The notes beneath the pieces were generated by a model. That model ran no database searches, had not been told where the DNA came from, and was given only the letters and a program-made list of their open reading frames with translations. A DNA stretch of 61,616 nucleotides, the filler included, from Sphacelaria rigidula (lineage: Eukaryota), in assembly GCA_964200075.2 (NCBI GenBank). It is 11 parts of 11 records of this genome, joined end to end, with 100 filler letters (N's around TTAATTAATTAA, not from the genome) between each part and the next. Parts side by side here need not be neighbours in the genome. Positions count along the whole stretch, not along the records: positions 11,224 to 16,734 come from CAXNAA020026737.1; positions 16,835 to 22,345 come from CAXNAA020026738.1; positions 22,446 to 27,956 come from CAXNAA020026739.1; 8 more parts are not named here. One strand, 5' to 3'. The position numbers and the translations under genes are program-made. Numbering within the stretch: the first letter of the stretch is position 1; each line of letters begins with the position of its first letter. This document shows positions 12,841-23,697 of this stretch, piece after piece.

Positions 12841-13510
12841 GATCCCTTGTCCAAGAGCGTAAAATGAGTGACAGCGGGGTCCGAGAAGCCAGAGCGCTAC
12901 CCTCGCGCTAACCAGCGTGCTCGGTGTCCAGCACTACTGTAGGATAAAAGCATGAGAGGAAAGGGTTCGAATGAGCTAGCTCATGATCCAGATCAGTACG
13001 CTAGTAAAAAGTAATGTTTAGGTAGCTCATGGGTTGTCCCACGTGTGCAAATTTTGGTGCCTCGACAGCACTAATAAGATTACCGTCAAGGAAAAGCTCG
13101 CTGGTGACACACACGGCAATGTCTGCCTACGCCACTCGACCGTCCTTTTCTTCGCCGGTCGCATATCCACCTGGGGAACAGCACAGCCTCGGATAAATCC
13201 GACCAGTAGCCCATGTATCGCTTCTTCCCATGTACCCTCTATCCTGAGACGCTCTGTTGATTGATTGATCGTCGCACTGTAAAACATCGTCACATTCTGT
13301 ACTTTTTCCGTGTACCCATCCTGGGAGGCCGGGCTAAGCCCTCAACGTCCGGCGGCCAACTCTACGGTTTTTTTTAATACAAGTCTCATGCACCTTGTTT
13401 TAGGCAACACCTCGTCTGCGCCATTCCCATCACGCCCTCCCCGTCGAGCCGGACACAACCCGAACTATCCCTGAAACACGTTATTTTGTTCATGGGTAGA
13501 CACGGCCGCC

Positions 13511-13790
13511 GCGCCCCGGTGGTGTAATGGTCCGACTGTCGCCATTAGGGTGGAGATATCGGCGGTTCGATTCCCGATGCGTTGGGTTTTTTCTTTGTCA
13601 TGTATGATTTCCACAGTGGAAAGCGTGAGAACGTGAGTAAACAAAGTAGTCGACTGGGTTTGTGTGACGTGAGTTGACGGGGAATGCTGATCCAATCCGC
13701 GAGACCAAAATGAAAGGCACGTACCGGGGGAGAGATGGGTCGATCCCTTGAGACCACGGACTCATCCCGGGGGGAGGGGTTCAAAGTGTG
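13511..13790 (+). mobile_element. tRNA-headed SINE
   Basis: A box TGGTGTAATGG and B box GGTTCGATTCC; body ATCCAATCCGCGAGACCAAAATG shared with 43870-44395(-). Confidence 0.7.
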
Positions 13791-14075
13791 AGCAAGAAAA
13801 AAAATACACCCGAAATTACAGTGGCGGTTCCACCACAGTGCTGTCCAAATAACTTGTCGAAACAGTGCGAACTCTCATGTTAATATCAAGTAATTTCTCG
13901 GTACCAGTATAATGCGGGGTCCCAACATAGTGCGGTCGATCCGGGCTGGCGACCCATCAAACTATACTGAGATCCCCGACGCCCTATTTTTCTGCTTCCA
14001 CAATCCCTGCTACACCCTTTCCATACCTACCTAACGAGCCCACCCGTCCGGAAGATCCACTGAACAGCCTCACCA

Positions 14076-14770
14076 CCGCCGTCTCCGCATCCCCTACACC
14101 GGCTTCGACAACGTCATTTCCTCCAATATGCTCTCCGCCAGCGGGGCCGGCATTGCCAACGCCCTCTCGTTTGTCCGTCGCGCTACTGTTGCGGTTGACC
14201 GGAGAAATGCCTGGGGGGCCAACAGCAAACATCGCACGCGGTCGCAATAATCAGAAGGGAGAGAGGACTTATGAAACCATAAAATTCCGACCAAATAATA
14301 TGAACGACGTGGCATCGAGCGGCATGGGCGCCACAATTTACGACAAAATTCAAATAGTCCTTTGCGCCGCGAGTCGACACACTTTTCTCATCAGCGAAAA
14401 TGCCCCCCAGCCCCATCCCCCGCCCCTCCCACACATGTGACACTCATTACCTGCCCCCACTCCACCGTCCACTCACCCGCGGCCAATCTCCTTGTCTCCG
14501 CAAGCATCTCTCCAGCATTACCTCGAGCATCCACCGGTGTCTCTGCCGCCGGCTGCGCATGTCCAACCGCAAATCCTGGGTCCTGCTCACTGCGTGCGCC
14601 TCGACGAGCTGGTGTGGCGCTTGCCGCCCCCTTCGCTGCTGATGTCAGTGATGCCCTAGTCGCGATGGATGCGCGACAAGTGGGGAGTCCGGCCAGCTGG
14701 CCTCTCCTGCCCGAACCACGGTTGGTGTTCGAGGAGCTGGAGGCTGTGCTGCGCAGGTGGTCATAGCTAC
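14076..14770 (-). CDS. Possible exons (~14521-14770 and ~14076-14210) of an unknown low-complexity protein
   Basis: GC-rich open frames; GAG|GTAATG donor near 14521, CCCCAG acceptor near 14211, GTG|GTGAGG donor near 14075; no recognisable domain. Confidence 0.3.
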
Positions 14771-16062
14771 TTCGTGTTGCCGGCAAAAAGGGCAAAAAGG
14801 GCAAAAAGTACACAACAACAACAGCAAACAAACAAACGAATAAGTAACACATGAGGAGAAGAAAAATCAAGTGCTAGTAGACGTACATTCATGTATATTA
14901 TTATCCACCTTCGGTTGTTTCGACAACCCAGGGGCGAAGCCGTAACGACAGCTTAAAGGGATCGGGGGTGGATGGGGGGTGGATGGGGGGTAGCGTTACT
15001 TCGACAGGTCAGTCCGGTGTGGGATGTTTCGTCAAAAACGTTCGGATATAAAACTGACGTTGCTTGAACGACCAACTCAGGTTCGACGCCAATCTGGAAT
15101 ATCACTTCTCGAACTAATGTTCAGCAAACCACCATACACCTCGTGAGACCTGGCCAAGAAACAGTCGAAGCCGGATTTGTGACCCGCCTACTCGGGGCTC
15201 CGATAAATCCGTCACAGACCCCCACAGTTCGGTGAAACCCGGGCCCGATGCGAATCTCCACCAACTATGTTCTACATAGAGGGCAGAACCACAATTCTTA
15301 GCGTACACACCAGTGCCCTCCCAGCCAGGCGCGGAGCAGGGTTTCCCAGTGAGGGTCGACAACTAGTGTAACATATCGACTCGAAGGTTTCGGCATACCG
15401 TATACCGAAATATCGTACCGATTATCGTACAGAAATGTTCTCGACATTTCGACATCATTGAGGATGACTAAAGATTTACTGTTGTAGATATACGAAACTA
15501 GTGCAGGATAATATCGTGTTTTCATCGGCATTCAATAGTACCTGCACTGATATGCTGGCGTTTTTGGGTGCATGATGTCCTCGTTGTTTACATACCAGTA
15601 CGTGGACATCACAGCACGCCACAATTCTATCAAGGTTTTCGCATGGATGGAGTATTATTTTAGCTCATTTCGAGCGTCATCCCATCGCACATAGTAGATT
15701 TTTTAGCCGCAAGCACTCGACATGACAAGCTGACAAGTAGAAACCTAAGATGTTCGGTGTGGAAATTCTCAACCAAGTGGTTTCCTCGATGAAGTAAAGT
15801 GGCCAATATGCGAGCATAATTCATCTACATTCATCTTGCCTGTAGTTTCTGCTCTCGGGTACGTTAATCATGTCACCAAGGCTGGATCCCTGAGGGGTCA
15901 GTTAAATGCGACAATCGATCAATCAAATCTGCTGACATTTTGTCGAAAAGTAGGTCCAACATTGCCAGGTTTTAGCGGTGCAGTTTGGGTCATATCTGAT
16001 GACAAACGAAGCCATTTCTTTTTGCCTCCGGCGGTACCTCTACCGGGGTCCCCTTGCCAGCC

Positions 16063-16574
16063 GGGCGGGAGGGTACTCATGATCATTCATGCCAGTCATA
16101 AGACCATTGACCTCGCATCCCTACAAAGCCGGGACGGAGCATGCCGGGTTTTTGCCGGACCAGGCTCGTAATCAATCGCCAAGGGCGAAGCACCGTAATG
16201 TGTTCGGAGAGTCGCACAGAGGGTGAGCTGCATCCTGCTAAGATTGTTCGCCCCGGACATACTGATGACCTTGCATTAGGATGACAGCCTCGAATGAGTT
16301 GCTTCGTTTTATGGCATCGCTACTTCCAGAGACAGCCACGGGTTCCACACTGCCCCATGCGTGTCTCAGCATTCAAACACTCAGTAGTATGGTCATCCCC
16401 TTTACAGGGAATTGAGCTTCTCTCCCACCCTGCGCAACATGATCTAGCTCGACTACCCTCATGGTTACCGCAAAAAGCAAGCAAGCGCGCACAACAGAAG
16501 ACGGCAACCTGGCTGCCTAGCGTACGCAGTGAGTGGCGTGCCTTACCGCGTCATTGCCAACCGACGCCAACCCC
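16063..16574 (-). mobile_element. SINE-like repeat family A, copy 2
   Basis: Reverse complement of the 450-978 family. Confidence 0.8.
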
Positions 16575-17513
16575 ATCGGAGGTTCGTCTCTGCAAACCCG
16601 GGACGAAGCACGTCGAGTTTTTGTCGGACCAGGCTAAGGGGGGGGGGGGGGGGGTAGTCATGGAGAGCCCGGCCCCGGGCGCACGGCCCGTCACCCCCCC
16701 CCACTCCGGGAGCCAGGGGGGGGGGGGGCGCTCTNNNNNNNNNNNNNNNNNNNNNNNNNNNNNNNNNNNNNNNNNNNNTTAATTAATTAANNNNNNNNNN
16801 NNNNNNNNNNNNNNNNNNNNNNNNNNNNNNNNNNAGCGCAACGTAAGTGTGGAAGGATGCCTAACACACTTATGAACCTCTTTTTTCGTGCAACCAAATA
16901 CCCCCCCCTTATCGTAGGATGACTCATTGGTGGTATGCTCCTTGCACTCTGTGATCACGGGTTCGAGAGATCGAGCTAATGTGATAGATAAAATAATAAT
17001 AGTATAAAAATAAATAAAAGAAACTAGCAAACAAGAACAATTGTGCGGTAACATCACACCGCGAAAAATTGTCATCAGGTGACAACGTGAAAAACCAACG
17101 ATAACTACAGATGCCAAATATGTCCGCCCCCCAATCCTTCCCTCCCCCCCCCCCCACAAGGAAAAAAACACCCTTCCCAAAAGAAAAAAGAGCAAAGAAA
17201 GAAAGGAAGGAAACATCGCAGACATGGAGGTCGCTGCACGCATTGTTTCTACAGCGTGTTTCCTGGACCCTGTATCGTAACCACGGGAATCTGCACACTG
17301 TGGTTTTGAGCATGCCCTTCTGGACCTTGAAAATGCACGGAGGTCGTTGAGATCGCCATGTTTTTTACGACATGCCCCTCTGGACCTTGAAACAAAATGA
17401 ACTCGAATAGAATAAATAATCCAATCAACCAAGCACATTTTTCACAGAATAATAAACTCAGCCCCCTCAAAATCCAGTGACTTGGGTGATGACACTCGAA
17501 AAGAATTGGGAGG

Positions 17514-17682
17514 TCGAAGTTGAGCGTTGACGATGATGATCGAAAGTTGAGCGTTGACGATGATGATCAAAGTTTAGCGTTGACGATGGTTATCGAAGGT
17601 TAGCGTTGACGGTGATGATCGAAGGTTAGCGTTGACGGTGATGATCGAAGTTTAGCGTTGACAATGATGATCGAAGTTGAGT
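17514..17682. repeat. 26-bp minisatellite (~6.5 copies) just downstream of the Copia pol stop
   Basis: Unit TCGAAG(T/G)T(G/T)AGCGTTGACG(A/G)TGATGA at 17514, 17540, 17567, 17593, 17619, 17645, 17671; no spacers. Confidence 0.9.
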
Positions 17683-19138
17683 GTCTTGCCCGATTAATAT
17701 TCGTTATCTCCCAAATTCGGTAATGGCCTTCAGCAGTCTCTGATGGACAATTTTATCACATTTTTTGGTGAGAAGATCGGCTAATTGTTCTGAAGATCGT
17801 ACAAAGTTCATACTTAGTTGTCCGGCTCGAATCATATCTTTTAAATTAAAGAACCGTATCGCCAGGTGTTTCGAGCTGGTGCTGAAGTTGGCGTTCGAAG
17901 ACAGATGAAGTACGCCTTGTGAATCCGAGTAGATGGTCGCGGGCTCAATAGATAACCACCCAAGCTCTCGTATAAGATTGAAGAGATACGTTCCGAATTT
18001 TCCGCATTTCGAAAGGGCAATTAACTCCGCTTCTGTCGTTGACGTAGCTGTAATACGTTGTAGACTCGAAGTGAAATAAACTAGCCCGTTAGACAGGAAA
18101 AATAGCGTCCCCGTCGTGGATCGCATATTTCCCTGAAGCGCCTTTGGGTCGAACGTCTCGAAGCCAGGCGGTTGTCTACAGAGTACTGTTTCCTGTCGCT
18201 TCCCATGCAAGAAAGCAATTTGTACGTCGAGGGCTAAGATAGGCCAACTTTTCGCAGTAGCGATTGCCAGTAATAATCGCTGACTTTCCAACCTTCAAAC
18301 TGGAGCGAAAGTACTCCCGCAGTCGAGTCCATGCCTCTGAGAACAACCTTGAACCATCAACCAGGCTTCACAACGCCCGTCGGCCCTGATCTTAAAGACC
18401 CACCTTGTATCGATGATGTTGTTGTTGCTGGTAACAGAGCTGGTCGGGATGATGTCGGCTACTTCATGATTTTAAATACTTTGAAGTTCGTCCAGCTTGT
18501 CTGCTTTTCATTTCTTCGCGTATGGTGAGATCGATGCCTGTCGATAGTCGGTAGGGACTGATATTGACGCGGGTGGTGCATCCTGTTCAACTCCGACAGT
18601 GCCTATGTACTGACATACCGTTTCCAGTGTTGCTGCAGCATGTTGACCCCCAGAGGACAGGAAGGCTAGTCGCTTTAGCTCACTGGCTTGCCGTTTGTGA
18701 ACGGGTCCAGAAGAATGATGGTTGGGACCGCCGGCTGAACGCAACCTCCTTTGGGCGATTTGCGGCCCTATAGTCGGTGACTTGTCCTCCGTGGTGCTGT
18801 CCTCTAGCTGAGCTATACCATCGTAGATATTTATGTTGAAGTTGTTTGTGTTATCATGCTGTTCCTGATCAGCTGCAGATACGTCGTGTCCCTGGATATC
18901 CAGTATCGAAAAATCTTCATTACTGTATGGAGCTCCTGTTACCTGCTCGATGAAAGTGACGTTTCTGGAGCTGGATATGTTTCCCGAGTAGCGGTCGTAG
19001 ATGCGGTACGACGGACTATCGGAATCATACTCTACTAGCACTTCTTCCCAAGCCTTTTCTTCTAATTTACTGTGATGACGCTCCCTGTGCACGAACGCCC
19101 CCGAGCCGATTGTCCGCAAGAATGATAGTATCGGTTGC

Positions 19139-19244
19139 TTAACCCTTAGACCGCGAGGGTAGGTCACCTGGACCATGCATACTTTCTCCAAGTGAAGGTG
19201 ATGCCGATTCGACAGGTGACCTACTCTCGGCGTTCAAGGGTTAA
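19139..19244. mobile_element. piggyBac-type MITE (98 bp plus TTAA duplication) inserted in the Copia integrase
   Basis: TTAA-CCCTTAGACCGCGAG...CTCGGCGTTCAAGGG-TTAA; removing it rejoins ..MFL-KQPILSFLRTIG. Confidence 0.9.
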
Positions 19245-22040
19245 GAAACATCCGACAATATGGGGTGTCACCTCCAATGCTCGTGTGCGGTAGACGGTAA
19301 TTGAAAAGACCGCAGTTGCAGCAATTCCTCCCCAAAGAAGGTTCGGCAAATTCGATTCGTTCAGGAGACAACGTATAACGTTCAAGATACTCCGCCCGTC
19401 TCTTTCACTGATGCCATTCTGCTGAGCAGTGTATGGGCTGGTGAACTCTTGACGGATTCCCGTAGTTTTGCAGTACCTCTCAAAATAGTCCGCGATATAT
19501 TCACCCCCACGGTCTGACCGCAGACGGTGTACACGGAGTCCTAAAGGAATAGCCAAATCTTGGATGAACCTGCAGAGCGTAGTTAGAGTCTCACCCTTCG
19601 TTTTGATGAAGTAGACTGCCTTGAAACGCGTAAAGTGATCCGTAAATTTTGCCCTGTAACGATAGCCCCCCTGCGCCATGGGCGTGATCGGTCCTGTCAG
19701 GTCAGCGCTGACCAGTTGCAGTGGTTCCGAAATATTCGTAGAGCCAACCGTCTTGGGGTGGTCCTGCTGTACACTTTTATAAATTTTGCACGTTACACAA
19801 GGTGACGGTGGCCCCTCAAAGTTCACACCTGACGCAGGGGTATTCAGTAGACGGCGCATGACCTGCTCCGTAGGATTTCCAAGTCGCCTATGCTAAGTGT
19901 CTGCTCCTGTCGTGGTAGACTAAGCTGTCGGGTCTACTCCCGCCGTGGCAGATGTGGCTGCTGAAACTCCCGGCACGTCGTGGTGAATGGCTTCTGCAAC
20001 AACGGCTGTCCCGATGCCCATAGACTCTCCTGACGTAATTGTAGCTGTAAATGCTAAGCTGTTATTGATGCTACCCGGTTTCCGAGAAACTCTCACGCTG
20101 ATGTACTGTAACGCTCCGTTGCTGTCACTGTTGATAGGCACTTTAAACTTTCCAAGGTCCATGTGGGGCTCGTGAAAAAATATAGTCAAAGTCCCATTCG
20201 CAAGAGCTTGCAGAGAGGAGAACAAATGTTTCCCCATACCTGGGAAAATCACGGCTGGGAGCCGAACACAACGTTGGTACCCCTCAGAGTCAATGACGAC
20301 GGTGTTGAGAACTCCTTTTGCTGTACCATACAGTAGATGGCGTCCCGCTGTTAAAATAGTCATCGGGGGATCAAGTTTGACAACCTTGACCGCTTCACGT
20401 TCGATATCGGGCAGCAACTGATCATCCAGAAAGTGTTCAGTGCTGCCGCTGTCCACTGTCAACTGAGAAGAAATTCGATCGGATGTGTCAGTGACATGTG
20501 AACCAGAAATAAAAGAAAATCCCACATCGTTTGGTGGTGAAGATATATCTATCACCGTCGCAGCTGTTGATGAAGAAGTTTGTAGGCCGTTGTTGTTCGA
20601 TGGTACGGTTGTAGAACATAAATCGGCGACGGCTGTATTGGCTTGGCGTTGATGTCCGTCAGAGTTGTTGCTGCCGATGTTGTTGCTGTGGTTGCTCCTG
20701 GTGCTGTTGTTGCTGCTGTTGTCGCGGTTGTTATTCCGATGGCGAGGATTTCTACGAGGGTGATGGTTATTGTTGTTCCCAGCGTTGTTGATCGCATTCC
20801 CGCTGTTTTGTCAAGATCTACTCTCAGAATCGTCATGCTTGTCAGTATGATGGAAACTGCACCATTTTACAGGCCTGTTCCCATGGTTTGACTGCACTTT
20901 AGAACGATAGTCTCTGGCCTCATGTCCTGGCCTCCCGCAGGTGTAGCAATTTCCACGGAATTTCTGGGATTGATTGAAAGATTCCGACAGTGATGCCACC
21001 AGCGGGGATGAATCGCGACCATGCGATTAGCATACATATTTCGCATTGTTGTTTCGATGCTCTGAATACTGAGATCTGGATCACGCTCCGCATTGTATTT
21101 GATGAGGTCATACTCGCTTGTCAAACCTTCGATTACTATGTCAGTCAGCCTCCCTTTGGAAATGACCTCGTCAACGCTGTCCAGTTCGTCCCGAAGCTGA
21201 TACACTTTGCTCAAGAAAGTATTAGGGCCTTGCCCTGGTGACATAGTGACGTTGTTGAGTTTTCTCATCAAGATCCTGATTCTCTGCTTCGAAGAATTTT
21301 GATACTTAGAAATCAAAGCCTGCCGTTTGGTCTCTCTGAATCCTTCGGCTGGAAACGCAACAAATAACTCGCTGCAGGACCTGTTGTAGACAAACGTGGA
21401 ACAATTGTTGATTGCATCGGTCCCAACTCGCTATCTCACGCGTGTAAGAAATCTGCCTCACATTTGACACCACGCTGGGAGAACGAGATTCTTGTGTAAA
21501 ATGGTAGTCTTCTTCAGTAGGTCCAGTCCCGTCCACCGCTGCTATCGTCTCGTCCTCCGCGGTTGCCTCCACGGATGATAAATACGGTCGAATGGACGAC
21601 TGCTGGCGGGCGGTTTGAGAACGAGTTCTAGCAGGGCTAGGTCTTGTGGCAGCTGGTTGTGATAGGTCTACCTCAGAAAAATGTTCTTCGAGAATTTCCG
21701 CGGGGCAATCGACCCCGTTGAGGATATCCGAAATCCCCGGGTGAGTTCAATAAATGATAGCGCGCGTAAAGCGCATCCACTCGACGAACTTTGTACCGTC
21801 AAACTTGTTGATGCTCTTGTTGAGCTGAGTCACAGATGGCTCTCCCGACATATTCATCTGCCTCATGTTACGAATAAAACGTTCTCTTGACACCTGCAGA
21901 TCTTGTGGGAAGATCAGGGTTCTTGGACTCTTGGTTGTCGCTGCTGTGGCGACCTTGACGTGACACCTCCTCGCGCACGCTGACCGATGTAGTCTCGAAC
22001 CGAAGGTCGATGGCTTGAAGACTTATGTGGTCGGGAATAG

Positions 22041-22052
22041 AGGCTCATAACC
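22041..22052 (-). promoter_or_regulatory. Copia primer-binding site GGTTATGAGCC directly after the LTR-terminal CA
   Basis: Minus strand reads TTCCAACA-GGTTATGAGCCT, resembling the GGTTATGGGCCC half-tRNA-iMet PBS of copia-type elements. Confidence 0.75.
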
Positions 22053-22201
22053 TGTTGGAAATTATTCGCTGGCACAGAACTGTCTCACTAGACAGTTAAG
22101 CAGAGGCTTGCACTGTAGCGGTGAAGCTACTTGCGAGGAGAAGTGAAGTGAAAAACAAGATGGTGTTGTTCGGCGCTTCTGGCCTAAAATATCAAACAAC
22201 A
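22053..22201 (-). repeat. Copia 5' LTR (possibly interrupted by the next repeat)
   Basis: TGTTG...CAACA ends, adjacent to the PBS; no matching 3' LTR in the contig. Confidence 0.55.
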
Positions 22202-22345
22202 GCCGATCCTAATTTTTGGGGTTGAAACAAAAAATGAGGTTGAAGTCCCATTTCTCTATTGACACTTTCTACGATAGCCCCCTCCCCAAAAGTACACGGT
22301 TTTGGGAGGCAGAATATTGACGTAAATCGAAATGGGAAAGGCCGA
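22200..22345. repeat. End of a repeat (probable DNA-transposon terminus) also found at 33503-33566
   Basis: CAGCCGATCCTAATTTTTGGGGTTGAAACA.AAAATGAGGTTGAAGTCCCATTTCTCTATTG is near-identical at two contig ends. Confidence 0.75.
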
Positions 22346-23697
22346 NNNNNNNNNNNNNNNNNNNNNNNNNNNNNNNNNNNNNNNNNNNNTTAATTAATTA
22401 ANNNNNNNNNNNNNNNNNNNNNNNNNNNNNNNNNNNNNNNNNNNNAAAATCAAATCGGACATCGTTATGGGCTCGTACAAACATAACGATACAGACTTAT
22501 GGGACAGAAGAAGTATTAACATAATCCACTTAACTAATGGCACAGAAGAAGTAATAGTGTTGTCGAGGTGGTTGATTGATGGCGTTTCAAAGCGTGCCGA
22601 CTCTTGACCGCGGCTCGACGCGATCTGCAAGAGACTTTTACGGCAGCCCGACAGACGTCTGTAAATTTTGCATCATCCGCAGAAGGAAAGGGCCTGATAG
22701 ACGCAAAACCCCACCAAGCGTGGTGAAACATGGACTGTATACAGTATATACGTTTCTAATTCTGTTCACCAGAGGTGGGGTACCACACGCAAAGTTGCTG
22801 TTGTTACCAATCACCATACTACGCGAAAAAAAAACGAGTATGGAAAAGAAGGACGAAGAATGAAAAAAGAGAAAGGATGAACCGAAAACAATAAACAAAA
22901 CAAAAACAAAATAGCGAACACAAAAACAAAGAGTAGGGACAAGCGTAAATCATGAGAAAGGGGAAAGTCTGAGGACAGATCTAATATCGGTTCCGAAAAA
23001 ATAGAGGGAGGCCGACCCCTACCGCATGGCTTTAGATTAGGAGACCGTGAAAAACAAAAACGAAACGAAAATGGCCATGGAAGCAGTTTCTGGCTCAGCT
23101 ATTCGAGACCCGCAATATTCCGGCATGAATCTCACCCACGACTTTTTCGGGAGCAAGACAAAAAAAGATTGCTACAACATTGAAACAAATAAGAACAAAC
23201 GAATGCAAGTAACAAGCAAGGCAACAGTCTCCGTGCTATCCCCGTCGGTCGCACTCACCCGTAGTTAACTACGAAGTAAGTCACTCTGGAGACTTTATTG
23301 GATTCCCCTCGCGCACTGTTGCTGTTCTTTGCCAGGGGACAAGATCCACGTTGTGCAAGTCAGCCGTATGAGAGCAAACACCGGCGAACACATCACCGGC
23401 AGTATTTGAAACGCTGGATATACCAGGCAACACACCCGCCCACACTCAAAGGCCACGGATTTCGCATGCAGCATCGCAGCGTTGCTGCAACGAATCGCGG
23501 CGGGTATTTGACAACATGACCGCTCGCCGACCAACATTGTACGCCACCATGACGCACGATCACGAAGCACGGCAAGTTCAAACCCCTTCAATATTCAGTA
23601 GCCCCTCAGCAACAACAGTGGGTGAGAGATGAGAGGGAAATCGAGCGCTAGTCTTGCGCACAAGGGCTCCCTCAAGGACAGGAGCACTGGAAGAGAA

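Larger units (their letters stand above)
17704..22201 (-). mobile_element. Ty1/Copia LTR retrotransposon, decayed: 5' LTR, PBS, gag, protease, integrase, partly deleted RT, RNase H
   Basis: Gag with CYTCGRPGH knuckle (~20950); protease LTVDSGSTEH (~20450); integrase DLTGP/RSDRGGEY/QQNGISER (19221-19859); RT LDVQIAFLHG..QPPGF; RNase H IYSDSQ..HLAIRFF..QLADLLTK. Integrase precedes RT; many stops and frameshifts. Confidence 0.95.

Noticed and set aside
13511..13585. Functional tRNA gene (also 44642-44704 and ~34630-34707)
   Set aside because: A/B boxes are present but the cloverleaf stems are broken; the 13511 copy continues into a SINE body
17514..17682. CRISPR-like array
   Set aside because: The units are directly adjacent with no unique spacers, the context is eukaryotic and no cas genes are present
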